Shown here: positions 11,861 to 24,388 of the stretch, piece after piece | Numbering within the stretch: the stretch's first letter is position 1 | How the letters are laid out: every line of letters starts with the position of its first letter | Assembly: GCF_001194135.2 (NCBI RefSeq) | Contig: NC_068990.1 | Coordinates: 92,329,510-92,385,339, forward strand | Length of the DNA stretch: 55,830 bases | Direction of reading: 5' to 3' | Source of the DNA: Octopus bimaculoides | Lineage: Eukaryota | Notes under the pieces: generated by a model | What the model was told of the DNA's origin: nothing | Seen by the model: only the letters and a program-made list of their open reading frames with translations | The model's database searches: none | Position numbers and translations under genes: made by a program

Positions 11861-12290
11861 CATAGACAATGATAGCCAATATAAAGATCTGGGAAAGGCA
11901 TTGAAATTGAACTTTTTAAAGGCAAATCTATTGCTTTATTATGCACCATTTGTCTCTTTCCAAATAGTGTCCTCCACGGTTGATACATCCAACATTTTCT
12001 TTCCAGATTTCAAATGCATTTTCAAAGGCAGTGCATAGATGTCATTGCTAATTTTCTTTGACCTCTTCTTTTGTCTGAAATCATTGACCTTTCAGGGTGG
12101 ATTTCTAACATGGCCACAACAAAAGTCTTCAGAGACTGAATTTGGAGATAAGGAGGGCAACTGGGAACAAGAGACATCTCATGCACTGCCAATCTTATGG
12201 CTCAGGAGTGATTCATTCATGAGTACAGTGTCGTAGTGCAGCAGCCATGTTTTAGGCTTCTTTCCTTTGCGCTTATTTTCTCAAATGCCC
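11861..12290 (-). mobile_element. Decayed mariner transposase 3' region and terminus
   Basis: Minus-strand frames give WLLHYDT (cf. WLLHHDNA), QLPSLSPNSVSEDF (cf. HPPYSPDLAP.DF) and KSTLKGQ*FQTKEEVKEN...AFENAFEIWKE..GCINRGGHYLE (cf. the mariner C-terminus LKG.RF...F..W..RW..CI...G.YFE). Multiple stops. Confidence 0.75.
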
Positions 12291-12748
12291 AAGGACATCC
12301 AAGTAAAACTCTTTGTTAATTCTGATTATATGGAACAAACGTATGATGAATGACACCCATTTAGAATAAAAGCAACACAAAAAGCAAACAAACAAAAAAC
12401 AAAGACACTTATCACATCCCTTTCATCTGAGTGACTCTGTACTTTTTTTTTTTTTCTGGCTGCAACAATGATCCAACATCCTGTGGTGACTACTTTTTTG
12501 TTTCGTCATTGTTACCATCATAAAACCTGTACACCCATGTTTCTTCGTGTCATGTTTTACATAACGTTTTAATCAACATTCAACCAGTCAAACTGCTTCT
12601 GACTGACTGTGATTTGGTAGAGTGGAAGATTAAGTAACTTGTAGTGTTAACTTATTTTCTCCCTTTATGTTCTGGGTCGTGACTTTTCCTTTCATCTTCT
12701 TGGCAGTTGATAGAATAAAAGCCAGCCAACTGCTGAGCTGAGCGTGAA

Positions 12749-12964
12749 TTCCATCACCATCCTTTTTACCATTTCCATCACCATCCTTTTTACCATTTCC
12801 ATCACCATCCTTTTAACCATTTCCATCACCATCCTTTTTACCATTTCCATCACCATCCTTTTTACCATTTCCATCACCATCCTTTTTACCATTTCCATCA
12901 CCATCCTTTTTACCATTTCCATCACCATCCTTTTTACCATTTCCATCACCATCCTTTTTACCAT
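12749..12964. repeat. 24-bp minisatellite x9
   Basis: Unit ttccatcaccatcctttttaccat; one variant unit (ttttaacc). Confidence 0.95.
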
Positions 12965-13185
12965 TTCATTACCGTATTTATTTTGAGATGCTCTGTGTTT
13001 CTTTCAATTAATTTTAGATGTAACAAAGAATTTAGTAAAATAACTTAGTTGTCATTCAGCTAGTGTTACGAACATAAATTGTGACTAAAGTTTGATGGAA
13101 GATTTTCATTCAAAACTTATGAAAACAAGACATTTGTACTCAGAGCCAGAACCGGTTTCAGCTGGGTTGGTAATGAAAGGGTTAA
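12961..13185. mobile_element. piggyBac-like MITE (TTAA-flanked family)
   Basis: Right end gtaatgaaaggg|TTAA; left end ccatttcattacc is the degenerate inverted repeat; the internal sequence is shared with 19952-20157 and 33040-33270. Confidence 0.6.
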
Positions 13186-14122
13186 GTTTAGTTAGAAATC
13201 ATTATTAGTCTGTTTCTTAATTTCTCTCCCTCTCATATATACTACATACCATGGAAGCAACAAAAGTAAAGTGAAATTATTTGGGGTAAAGTCAAGACAC
13301 AGGTATCTAATTGTTGTCAAATTTGATACCTGTTGGACTATGTGAACTGACATAAATACTTAAACACACACACTCCCGCACACAGTGTGACAGCTTGATA
13401 TACAAAGCATACGTGCACATACAGGCATACACATACATACAGTATACATTACATGGACAATTGCTCATTATTCTACAGTGTCCACTGAAAACAAGATCTG
13501 GTAGTTATTACCGGTTAACTAGGTGAACTGTCACATACACACATGAATACACATTTACTTGCTGTCTCTTTCTCACACATACACAAATACACACCATTTC
13601 CAGAACAGTCTATTGATGTCTCCTGAACAGAAAGTCTCCAGGCCAGCAATCTTCTGTTCAATTATCTCTGACGTGATGGCACTAAACATATGGAAATGTT
13701 AGGTCATGCTGTCAACCAGAATAGATATATTTTTTACAGTACACACAAACACACACACACACACACACACATAAACACACGTGTATGTATGTACGTACAT
13801 TTGTATGTGTTTGTGAATGCTTTTATGTCCTAGATAAGCTGTCATAGCAATAAAATAGGCCAGATGAGGAGGGCAAAAGGGTAAATTGCCAGAATATAGT
13901 ATTTCATTACAACATTTGGTATTAGTTCTGTAAACCAGAAATCAAATTCTACCATTAATTCCCCCAAAGTTGATGAAAGAAATAGTTGGAATTTACTGAA
14001 GTTGGTTTGGTCCGTCAAGTACCCCCCCATCCTTAGAAATTTATAGTCTTCAATGGAGCAAAGTGTGAAGCCACCACTACCATCACCACCACTACCATCA
14101 GCATCACCATCATTACTATGAG

Positions 14123-14330
14123 GGCTGCTAGAATTAGGATGTTGGATGAAATGCCTTGTGGCATATCTTCTGGATCTTTCCATTCTGAGTTCAAATACTA
14201 TTGAAGTCAGCTTTACATTTCATCCCTTCGGGGTTAATAAAATAAAGTGCCAATCAAATACTGGGGTTGATGTAATCAAATAACCTCCTCCCTCATAAAA
14301 TCGCTGACCTTGAGCCAAAATCTGAAACAA
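14123..14330 (+). mobile_element. SINE family A (old, CpG-depleted)
   Basis: ttctgagttcaaatactattgaagtcagctttacatttcatccc...ctggggttgatgtaatc. Confidence 0.7.
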
Positions 14331-14461
14331 TTCTTACCATGAGGATGCTGAGTGGCAAAATCAAAGTATCAGACAAAATTCTTTGCAATTAAATATTTTC
14401 CAATATATTTTAAGTTAGTTTGCCATCAGTGTCTGTTTTGCCATTTATTTTTCTGTACCAG

Positions 14462-14530
14462 TAATATATGAAGACAAACTGTCTTGCAGTGGTGGAATTG
14501 CAGAAACAGGAAAATACTGGATAACTTATG
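14462..14530 (+). other. Candidate 69-bp exon ending in ATG (alternative start or cassette exon)
   Basis: Acceptor ccatttatttttctgtaccAG, donor ATG|GTATGT. It is stop-free only in the phase 1-1 frame (IYEDKLSCSGGIAETGKYWITY); the terminal ATG would be in frame with the exon at 49203. Confidence 0.3.
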
Positions 14531-14609
14531 GTATGTTCTGATTCCACTCTAAATTGATTTTGGCTTTCATTTTTTGGAGTTGATGAAATTGATAGCAATT
14601 GAGCAATTG

Positions 14610-14823
14610 AGAGGTCAAAGAAAATTAGCAATGACATCTATGCACTGCCTTTGAAAATGCATTTGAAATCTGGAAATAAAATGTTGGATGTATCAACCAG
14701 GGAGAACACTATTTGGAAAGAGACAAATGGTGCATAATAAAGCAATAGATTTGCCTTTAAAAAGTTCAATTTCAATGCCTGTCCCAGATCTTTATATTGT
14801 GTATCCTTGTCTATGTAACTCTA
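14610..14823 (+). mobile_element. Mariner 3' end, inverted near-identical copy of 11853-12066
   Basis: 214-bp reverse-complement match with about 9 mismatches by manual alignment; shares the same in-frame stops. Confidence 0.9.
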
Positions 14824-15831
14824 TATGATGTCTCTGTCATCTTTGAGGTGTTTTAATTTTACTGCAATTGGTATGCTGTTGTTTTCTTAACACCTGCATA
14901 TAAATATATTCCTACATATTAACACACACACACACACACACACACATGCATACTCATACATTTCACTCTTCTATCTTTTAAGGTCACAAATGCATGTGGA
15001 TGTTAAAGATTGAGAGATAGTGAGTGGTATGAGAGTGAAAGATTGAGAGATTGATTGAAAGATAGATAAATGAGCATGGGAGAGTGAAAGACAGCATGTT
15101 AGATGGTGAGAGCAGGTGTTGAGGAATTAAGCAGATTTTAAAATAAACAACCCAACAGTTTAAATCTAAAAGAAAATACCACAAATATTTATTGTGTTGT
15201 TTCTGATACCCATATTCCTGGAGGGCTGTGTGTCACATAGTACATAGGGTCAATAGCTAAATGCTATTTAACAAAGCAGAGTAGCCTATAATTAAACTCT
15301 GGTTTCCTCCTTGTAAAACTAACAGAAACAAACAAAAAGGTTGATAATCTGCAGAAAATATTATCTCTGATTTCATTGGTCATATTTTATACAATGGATT
15401 TTGTGAATGTTTTTTTTCTTAATATATAAAGATTTAGAAGAATATTCATTTCTTTTTTTTTTATATACCTAGGTACCAGAGTCCTTGTTTTTTTTTCTTT
15501 AATTTCAAAATGAAGGAGAAATGTAAAACTGAAAATCACGCTTTTTCCTATTGGTATCAGTGAAATTCATCTATTTTGGTTCTGACATCAGGCTGTTGTC
15601 TCAATTTTCCAGGAGGAACTTTCTGCAATGACTCAATAACAGTGACCACCTCGCAAAAAATGCCTCCACCATACACACAAATAAATGCCCTTCCAACACA
15701 CATACACACGAATGCCTCACTATAGTCTGTCTGTGTGTCTGTGGTGAGACATTAGTTGTTGTTGTTGTTGTTTATCTCGTCTTCTCTATAATCAGAAGTG
15801 GTCCAACTTTGATAATGATTTTATCCCTTAT

Positions 15832-16060
15832 AAGGCAGCGAGCTGGCAGAATCGTTAGCACGCCGGGCGAAATTCTTAGCAGTATTTCATCTGCTGCTAC
15901 GTTCTGAGTTCAAATTCCGCCGAGGTCGACTTTGCCTTTCAGGGTCGACTAGATAAGTACCAGTTACACACTGGGGTCGATGTAATCGACTTAATCCCTT
16001 TGTCTGTCCTTGTTTGTCCCCTCTATATTTAGCCCCTTGTGGGCAATAAAGAAATAAATG
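15832..16060 (+). mobile_element. SINE family A subfamily with a different 3' tail
   Basis: Family A head/core, then ttaatccctttgtctgtccttg...gggcaataaagaaataa. Confidence 0.85.
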
Positions 16061-16545
16061 ATTTTATCCCTTAGTATAGTGATCTTTATTAAAGAAGGTA
16101 GCATGTTACTTCAGAGAATCTGGCTGCTCTTTCTAGTTGGTTGAGTGACCATATTAGTGTGACTGTGCAATGAGGCATTAGTATATGTGTGTATGTGTGT
16201 GTGGTGATTTAATGTAACAGCAGCAAGGCATTAGTGTGTGTGTGTGTGTGTGTGGTGAGTTAGTGTGTCTTTGTAGTCAAGCATTAGTGTGTTATTTTAT
16301 ATGTGTGGTGAGGCAATTAGTGTATGAAGAAGTAAATGTGTTTGCTCAGGAGCCATGTAATGAGAGTTAATGAGGCATGGTTGGTGAAAGAATAATCAGT
16401 ATAAAATAATGGAAGATAGTAATCTGAGGGAAGACTTTTGGTAAATGTAAGGAGACATGGCATGAGTTACAATGTGACAATCTGTTCTGGGCATTTAACA
16501 ATCCTGTACAATTAAACTAACAATTACCAAATGCTTGAAGATGGA

Positions 16546-16745
16546 GAGCTGGTAGAATCATTATCATTTCAGACGAAAAACTCAGCAGCATTTCCTCCAT
16601 CTCTTTACATTCTCAGTTCAAATACTGCTGAGGTCAACTTTGCCTTTTGTCCTTTTGGATTCGATAAATTAAAGTACCAATCAATGAAATCAACTTTCCC
16701 TCGCCTGAAAATTGATGGCTTTATGCCAAAATTAAAAAAAGAAAT
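16546..16745 (+). mobile_element. SINE family A (diverged)
   Basis: gagctggtagaatcatt...cagttcaaatactgctgaggtcaactttgcc. Confidence 0.7.
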
Positions 16746-17733
16746 AATGTTTGGTTGATGGAAACTGAACGAAGCCTGTCGCATGTGCACATGTGTGTGT
16801 GTGTGTGTCCTTTTCTTGACACTCATGATAGTTGTAAACAAGAATCCCCTTCACACAAACAGTGTCCTTCATTTCCAATCTTCCATGAAAACATGTCAGG
16901 GCATGGAGAAAAATATTACCTCACTTGGAGACAGGTGAAGATTGATGACAAGAACGGCATCCATCTGCAAGAAAACCGTCTCAACAAATTCCATCTGTCC
17001 TCTACGAGTATGGAAAAAAGGACAATAAAAAGAACAGTCACAGTTTTATACATAGGGTTTGTATTTGTGATATTTTACACTACACAGCATTCAAGTTTTA
17101 TTTTTTCTGATAATTTAAACCAGCCTACAAAAAGAAAAAAAAGAAAAAAGAAACACTACCGCAAAAATAAGTTTTAAAATCACATCCTGCAAACTTTGGA
17201 CAGAATTTTTACATTGGCTTGTAATTAAACACTTCCTCTCAACTGAACATTATCTTTCGACAGCTTTTTCCTGTTGAGTTTAAGTGGTAGGTTTCACATT
17301 GGACAATGTAAGACCAGTTCAAGTAATTTGGTATGTCTATGTGTCTTATAACACAATAAACTCCTATTGAATGTTCTAGTTTTTAAAACAGGCTTTATAT
17401 TTTTTTTATTAATTAATTTATTAATTAAAAGATAAGCCCTTTTATTCTCTTAAAAAAAAAAAAAGACTAATGTTTAACCTTTTGCTTGTCCTCAGCACCA
17501 CATGTGATACATGCAGCATATATGATACAAACACCCAGTTTTTGCCACTGACAGAGTAATTTGGGACTTACGAATGGAATTGCTTATTACTCAGAACATC
17601 TGAAACAAGTTAAAAGTCTGAAAACATGAATAGATGTTTAGGGTGTACTTATGAAAATGCTTTGGACAGTTAAAGGATTAAAAAGGACCAAAGTGAATTA
17701 CTTTTAGATATATAATTATATTCTTTTCTGCTG

Positions 17734-18030
17734 TAGGCACAAGGCCTGAAATTTTTAGGCCGACCAAAGCCTTATGAGTGGATTTAGTAGATGGAAACTG
17801 AAAGAAGCCTGTCATATATATATTTTTGTGTGTGTTTGTATTTTTGTCCTGTGTTTGTCCCCACCATCATTGCTTGGTGTGTTTATGTCCTCGTCACTTA
17901 GTGGTTCAGCAAAAGAGACTGATAGAATAAGTACTAGGCTTACAAAGAATAAGTACTGGGGTCGATTTGTTTGATTAAAAGGTGGTGTTCCAACATGGCC
18001 ACAGTCAACTGACTGAAGCAACAAAAAGAA
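17734..18030 (+). mobile_element. SINE family B (headless) joined to an inverted SINE-A tail
   Basis: aggcacaaggcctgaaatttt (A tail, reverse orientation) is joined directly to ggccgaccaaagcc... (B core and tail). Confidence 0.75.
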
Positions 18031-18294
18031 AAGAAAAAATATTCACACACACACACGCACACACACACACAATGCTGAAGAACAGAAAAGAAGAAAAGAA
18101 AAAGAGGATAAGCTCTCAATCAAATTTGTTTTGTTTGACACTCAGAGAAAATGGAGGGAGTTAACTATTTTGGCGTTTTGGATTTTGTCCTTCTTTGGAA
18201 TTGGGTGTAGAGTGGCAAGAGTAGAAGAAGGATAAAAAAGAAGAAAATAGAATGAGTAATCCAGATGAGAATGTCCACATCTGTATATATATAT

Positions 18295-18337
<43 letters not shown>

Positions 18338-19504
18338 TGATGGAAGGCTGTTAAGTAGTTTTTATCTACTGGGATGCATAAAATCATGACCATTTTTTGA
18401 GTGCTACTTCAGTTAATGTATAGAGACATTGTATAATAAGGTTAAATATAATTGGAAGTATTTTTGACATTGCTGCAGAGGAAATGACAATCTAGAAAAC
18501 CAATCAGAAAGTTGTTTTAAATATCTTTATTTATGTATCATATACACACACGCACACAGATGCATAGTGACATACACATACAAAATATACAGGCTCTTAT
18601 TATAACATGTAAACACACACCATGTAACCTTGCACTACATGTGTATACGTGACAAGTGGGCAAAATGTATGTATATCAGTTTAAGAGTGAACTTTGGTGT
18701 TGTGGTTTCACTATACTTTTGTCTCGTGTTCCTATCTTCTTTACTGCTGTCAAAAAAATCATTATGTACTGACCTAAATGATTAATGAATAATTTTGTAA
18801 CTAAATAATTTATTTAAATGAATTTTCTGCAGAAGGCAAATTAAATATTTCTTGATACCAAAAAATGCTTTAAAAAAAAATGTACAAAACTGAGCAGTAA
18901 CATAAACATAGAAAAGAAAAAAGTGATAAAATATGAATTCTTTATTTGAATTATTTTGAAAATTATAGGTCAGCCATTTTAAATTTAGTCTTTTTGTTTC
19001 AGTTAGAATAATACAAGGAATTTTGTTAGCTTCAGTCCAACAATGGATGAAGTAAATTAGAAAACCTTTGGTAAACCTTAAGCTTCAGCAACAAGGAAAG
19101 GTTTCTGTCTTTTTTTAAAGTGTTTAAGGTAATAGTTTAGATTTAGCTCCTGTCAAGCCTTCCCTCACAACTTCTCTTCTAACATCCATCCCTCCATCAC
19201 GCTTCTAACTGAAGCACTGTTTCTAAGGTGCTGTAAATGATACCATTTACCTTGCTACACTTCACATTGTTTCCCTATTATTGTCTCTTATCATCCCCTA
19301 TTCCTCTCTGACCCTTTTCCTATTTCCTTCACTTCCCCTATACTGATATTCACCACTGACTATGATTTTGCTGTGTCCCCATTCACTGCATTCACTGGGA
19401 TGCTAAACAACAGCAAGATATGTTCAGAGAAACATTTGGATACTTCAGAAAGGGGGGGGTAACACAAATGAGTTGGGATTAACCAAGCTTTAACACTTCT
19501 ATTA

Positions 19505-19950
19505 TCATACTCGTGCCAGTGGAACGTTAAAAGCACATCCGAGCATGAGCGTTGCCAGGGCCACGGATTGGCTCCCGTGCTGGTGGCACATTGAAAAGCA
19601 CCATTCGAGTGTGATCGTTTCCAGCATCGCCTTCCTGGCACGTGAAAAATGACATTCCAGCGTGGTCATTGCCAGTGCCGCCAGACGGTCTCTTGTGCAG
19701 GTAGCACATAAAAAACACCTTTTGAGCATGGTCATTGCCAGAACCGCCTGACTGGCCCTCGTACCGGTGACACATAAAACCATCCACTACACTCTCGGAG
19801 TGGTTGGCATTAGGAAGGGCATCCAGCTGTAGAAGCTTTGCCAGATCAGATTGGAGCCTGGTGCAGCCTCTGGCTCACCAGTCCTCAGTCAAATCGTCCA
19901 ACCCATGCCAGCATGGAAAGCAGACGTTAAACGACGATGATGATGATGAT
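19505..19950 (+). mobile_element. RTE-clade LINE 3' UTR with internal tandem units and (GAT)n tail
   Basis: Several ~55-bp units containing gcac(a/g)t(a/g)aaaa(g)cacc, followed by the ttaggaagggcatccagc...gacgttaaacgacgatgatg end. Confidence 0.85.
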
Positions 19951-19951
19951 T

Positions 19952-20157
19952 TCTATTAAAATGCACCGTCTTTGTTTCAGTTAATTTTCAAAACAATAAA
20001 CAGTTTGGTAAATTAATTTTATCATTGAGCTGGTGTTTGGAACATTATTTTAACATGAAATTTTGATGAAAGGTTTCAATTTTGATCACTTTAAAACAAA
20101 ATGTTTGCATCAGGACCAAGGACAGTCTCGGGTGGGTTGGTATCAAAAGAGTTGAAT
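19952..20157. mobile_element. piggyBac-like MITE family copy (left end lost)
   Basis: Internal similarity to 33040-33270; ends gggttggtatcaaaagagttgaa. Confidence 0.5.
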
Positions 20158-20329
20158 ATATCAGCAATATAAAGAGGAGCTGCGGTTTGGGTGGATGTGA
20201 TGTTGAGTGACATGGAAAGAATTTGTGTAGCATTGCTGTAGTAGTGAAATATCATAAACTAGTGAAAGGAGGAGGAGAGGCAAGACCTATGAATATTGTA
20301 GTGTTTTGCTCAAGAATATAATGCATAGC

Positions 20330-20395
20330 CTGGTCCAGGAATTGAAACCACAATCTTGCCATCATGAGTACAACACCTTAACCACTAAGCCATGT
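20330..20395 (-). mobile_element. tRNA-like SINE head, third family (as at 40148)
   Basis: The reverse complement catggcttagtggttaaggtgttgtactcatgat...ggtttcaattcctggacc matches 40148-40215. Confidence 0.65.
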
Positions 20396-21029
20396 GCTTA
20401 GACACACACACACGCACACACTTACACAGAAGGCTGTGTGGTTCAGATCTTTGCTTCACAGTTTTGTGGTTTGCGGTTCAGTCCCTCAGGCCAACCAAAC
20501 TGTGGAAGTGGATTTGGAAATGGAAACGGAAGTGTGTCAGGTTATCATCATCCTTTAACATCCACTTTCCATGCTGACATGGGTTCGATGTGTGAGTGTG
20601 TATATATCTGCATGTATATGTATACACATACTTATATGTATATGTCTACATATACATATATGTGTGTGTGTGTACGTATGTTTTTCTCCTTGTATTAACA
20701 TATAGCTGTCAGTGAATGGACAACAGTAAAGTAAAAGTAGATGATGATGACCACACACACACACACACGCATTTTTAAAGTGAGAGGAAGGAGTTACCTC
20801 AAACTAGAGACCTGTCCTATTCACCTGCAACAAAGTGAACCCTGCTAAAAGTTCCCAAGGATTCAGTCCATCATCAAATTTCACTTCCAAGCTAAAACTA
20901 TGGTAGGCAATGCTTTTTCTTTGGATGTTGTGAAGCAGCATTTACCAATTTAAAAAGTTAAACAGGCAGCCTTAAGTTTTATTGGCAAAATTTTAAGGTA
21001 ACTAAATATTGTTTCATTGTAGAAGATTC

Positions 21030-21790
21030 TTGTAGTTTTGTCTTAAGCAGTCCTAAACTTCTTCAATGTTGTCCAATGTCGCAGTCTTTTGATTGTCTCA
21101 TGAGAGAATGCTGCATCAGAAGGAAAACAATGTTTTGAAGAAACAGGGAAAAGTTAAGTAATGAATGTTGTATGAGTATATAGACAATGAGGATATTCTT
21201 TTCTAAGTTTTATCTTTGTCAGTTTGTAAATTGTTTCCAGGATCTATTAAACAATTAAGGTTTGGCTAAGATTTTCTTCATTTCACAAAAAAATTGAACC
21301 ATTTTATCTACTCCTTTCTATGTGTCTCTGGAGAAGATTGTAAATCATTTATGATAACTGTTCATGGGAGACCAGTGTGTCTTTCTAAACAACCTTAATT
21401 TTCATGCCAAGGTCTTCATCTGCCATGTCCATATTTTCACTCTCTCGTGTGACCTGATACACATATTGCTGACATATTAAGACCCTGAAGGTCTTTCACA
21501 GCCAGTGTTTTCAGAAGATATACAGAAGTTTACCATTGGACCATCACCTGAAGTATGGAGTCCTCACTAAGCAGGCATCAGTGAGATGGCTCAGGCTTGT
21601 GGTGAGCATATCTAACTCGCATTTGCCTTTATGGAATTCTTTATAACCAGCTTTGGTGAACGCCTGCTTGGAAAATGTCGAAGCAATTCAAAAAGCAACT
21701 TAAGTGAAACAACATCAACCGTTCTCGAGTGGTAGATACTGGCTGTTCATTTTTGCAGGAAAGGGATTGAAAATATGGGCGACTATAAGA
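21030..21790 (-). mobile_element. Possible highly decayed hAT-type transposase remnant
   Basis: Scattered minus-strand motifs KQAFTKAGYK (TTF zinc finger-like), SPETH..E (cf. SP.IQNE) and KEYPHCLYTH (cf. YP.A.Y.HC.AH); many stops and frameshifts. Confidence 0.35.
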
Positions 21791-23379
21791 CATGCTAAGA
21801 GGATGTCCCAATACTAATAAGAGAAACAGGAAGAGAGGAATGTTTATAGAGCACTTACGTGTCCTATCTACGAACAAAGTTACAAATCATAGATTAGAAT
21901 GTACCATCACCAAAGGATCCTTGAATGAAAGAGAAGTTTGTTAACTTTGGATTTGTTAAGCAACCATAAGTAAGTAAGTATGGATATACATATGTGTCTG
22001 TGTGTATGTGCTTGCTTGTTTGTTGGTGTGAGTCTTCATGTTTGTGTGTGTGTATGTGTGCCTGCACACTTGTGTGTGTGTGTGTGCCTGCATGTTTGTG
22101 TGTGTGCATAAATGTGTGATAAAATAGTGAATCTTCAAAGGTGTGTGAAATAAGAGATCCCTTACATGAAAATGGGCAAGGGTTGGTAAGAGGAAGGGTA
22201 TCTGGATGTGAAACAATGTTTTGATAATGTATTCATCTGATTTATGCTACCTTGGAAAAATGGATGTAAAACAAATAAACTTAGATGTAACTGTAAGTTA
22301 GAAAGTTTTTTGGGGTTTTTTTTCTAGAATTTTGATTTGAATTTAAATTTCAAATTTTTTTTGTCTTGGATTTTCAACTCCCAAACCATCAACTTACTAT
22401 ATTTCAGAAATGTAATTGAAGGAAAGATAATGAAAAATTGTTAATTAAATAGCATGTATAAAATAATGAGAATAAGATAATTAGATGAGAGTTCTTCAGG
22501 GAGTGTGTGTGTGGGAATACTTTCAAAACTTCAAACCAATATTCTCTCTCTCCCCCCCCCCTCTCTCCTCCCTCCCTCCCTCTGAGTAGTCAACAGCAGA
22601 CATGTTATTTGGTCAGTTAACTAATTTGAATTCAGATGGCCAGATTCATGAACAATTGTCATTTAGCTCCAATTCTATTTAGATTCAGCTGACTTGCAGT
22701 CAAAGATGCTCCAGCTTGACTATCTTGTCTTTTATTCAGACACAGTGTATCTAGGACTACTTTTATTAATGTATCTTTTCTTCTCATCTTGAAATCATCA
22801 TCAGCAGCAGCATCATCGTTATCACCATTATTATTAAGAAAGTAGTTGTGATTTGAGTTAGGTTTGATTGCTATTTCTATCAGGTTGAATGACCACATTA
22901 AGAAGCACTGTCCTTAACCTATTTTAGTAAAAATATTAGTCTTGCCCGCTTCCTCTTGAACGTCATAGTTAACCCCACTCCTAATTTAATTTCTTTTGTT
23001 TCTAATATTAAAATATGAGAATGTATTGAAGTTTCAGTATAATCTTTCTCCATTGCATAAATAACAATATTCTGATTGTCACAGTATGTGTTCTTCCTTC
23101 AAAGAGATATTCTTATCTGTTATCATCAGACAAGCAGACAACTAGAGCGGAAAGAAGGGTGGGGAACGGCTGTTTTTGTTTTTGCAAAATAAAAGAGCTT
23201 TTATTTCCTTAGTAAAAAATATATTGAAAGTGCTTTCTGTGTAAGATTTATTTATTTTTTGTAATTCAGAGGATAAACAGATCTAATAATAGTTGTCAAC
23301 AATGCTTTAAATCCATAATTAGGAATGGCACAAGGGCCATAAATTCAATCTAGTTGTGTGCAATGCATATCATTGTTAT

Positions 23380-23597
23380 GCGAGCTGGCAGAAACATAAG
23401 CACACCAGGTATTTCGTCTGTCTTTACGTTCTGAGTTCAAATTCCACCAAGGTTGACTTTGCCTTTCATCCTTTCGGGGTCGATAAATTAAGTGTCTGTG
23501 TGTTTGTCCCCTACCACCACTTGACAACTGGTATTGGTGTGTTAACATTCATGTAACTTAGCAGTTCAGAAAAAGTGACCGATAGAATAAGTACTTA
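23380..23597 (+). mobile_element. Chimeric SINE: family A head/core fused to family B 3' half
   Basis: gcgagctggcagaaac...gggtcgataaattaag switches directly to tgtgtttgtcccctaccaccacttgacaac...gatagaataagtac. Confidence 0.8.
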
Positions 23598-24220
23598 TTA
23601 TATATGTATATATGTATGTATGTATATGTAAACATATGGTTGTATATACATCCATGGATAGATAAATATGTCCAGCTCAGTGGACTCCTTCTCTCTCTAT
23701 TTCTCTCTCTTTCTCATTTTCTTTTCTTCTCCATTTTGTCTTTGCTCTCTCAATATATCTCCCCCCACCCGCCATCCATTTTGTTTTTTTTCTCCCCTCC
23801 ATAATTCTCCACCCCCTCCATTTTGTCTCCCTTCTCCCCTTTAATGTCTCCTTTATCATTATTTCTTCTTCCTGCCTTTATTCTCCTTTTCCTTCCTTTT
23901 CTTCTTCCTCCTTCTTCCCTCTTACTCTTTCCCTTTTTGCCTTCTTCCACCACCATTTATTCTTCCTCCACCCCCCTCTAATCATTATTCTTCTCCATTC
24001 TTTATTTTCTTCCATCCATTTTCACCCCCTTCTCACTACATTTCCCTCCTTATCCACCACCATTGTGTAATAAATTAGCAATGTGATCATTTCTAAAAGT
24101 TGATTAATTTCAAGTAGATTTAATTACTGTAATTGCTTCTGTACTCATTAATTAAAACAAAATACAATTACACATACACATATACATATATATTCACACA
24201 CACACACATGCACAAATGTA

Positions 24221-24256
<36 letters not shown>

Positions 24257-24356
24257 NNNNNNNNNNNNNNNNNNNNNNNNNNNNNNNNNNNNNNNNNNNN
24301 NNNNNNNNNNNNNNNNNNNNNNNNNNNNNNNNNNNNNNNNNNNNNNNNNNNNNNNN

Positions 24357-24388
<32 letters not shown>

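Noticed and set aside
12692-12986. (MVKRMVME)9 and (TISITILF)n ORFs, and a superficially CRISPR-like periodicity
   Set aside because: This is a 24-bp tandem repeat with no unique spacers and no cas genes, in a eukaryotic context; a stop-free unit that is a multiple of 3 keeps frames open on both strands.
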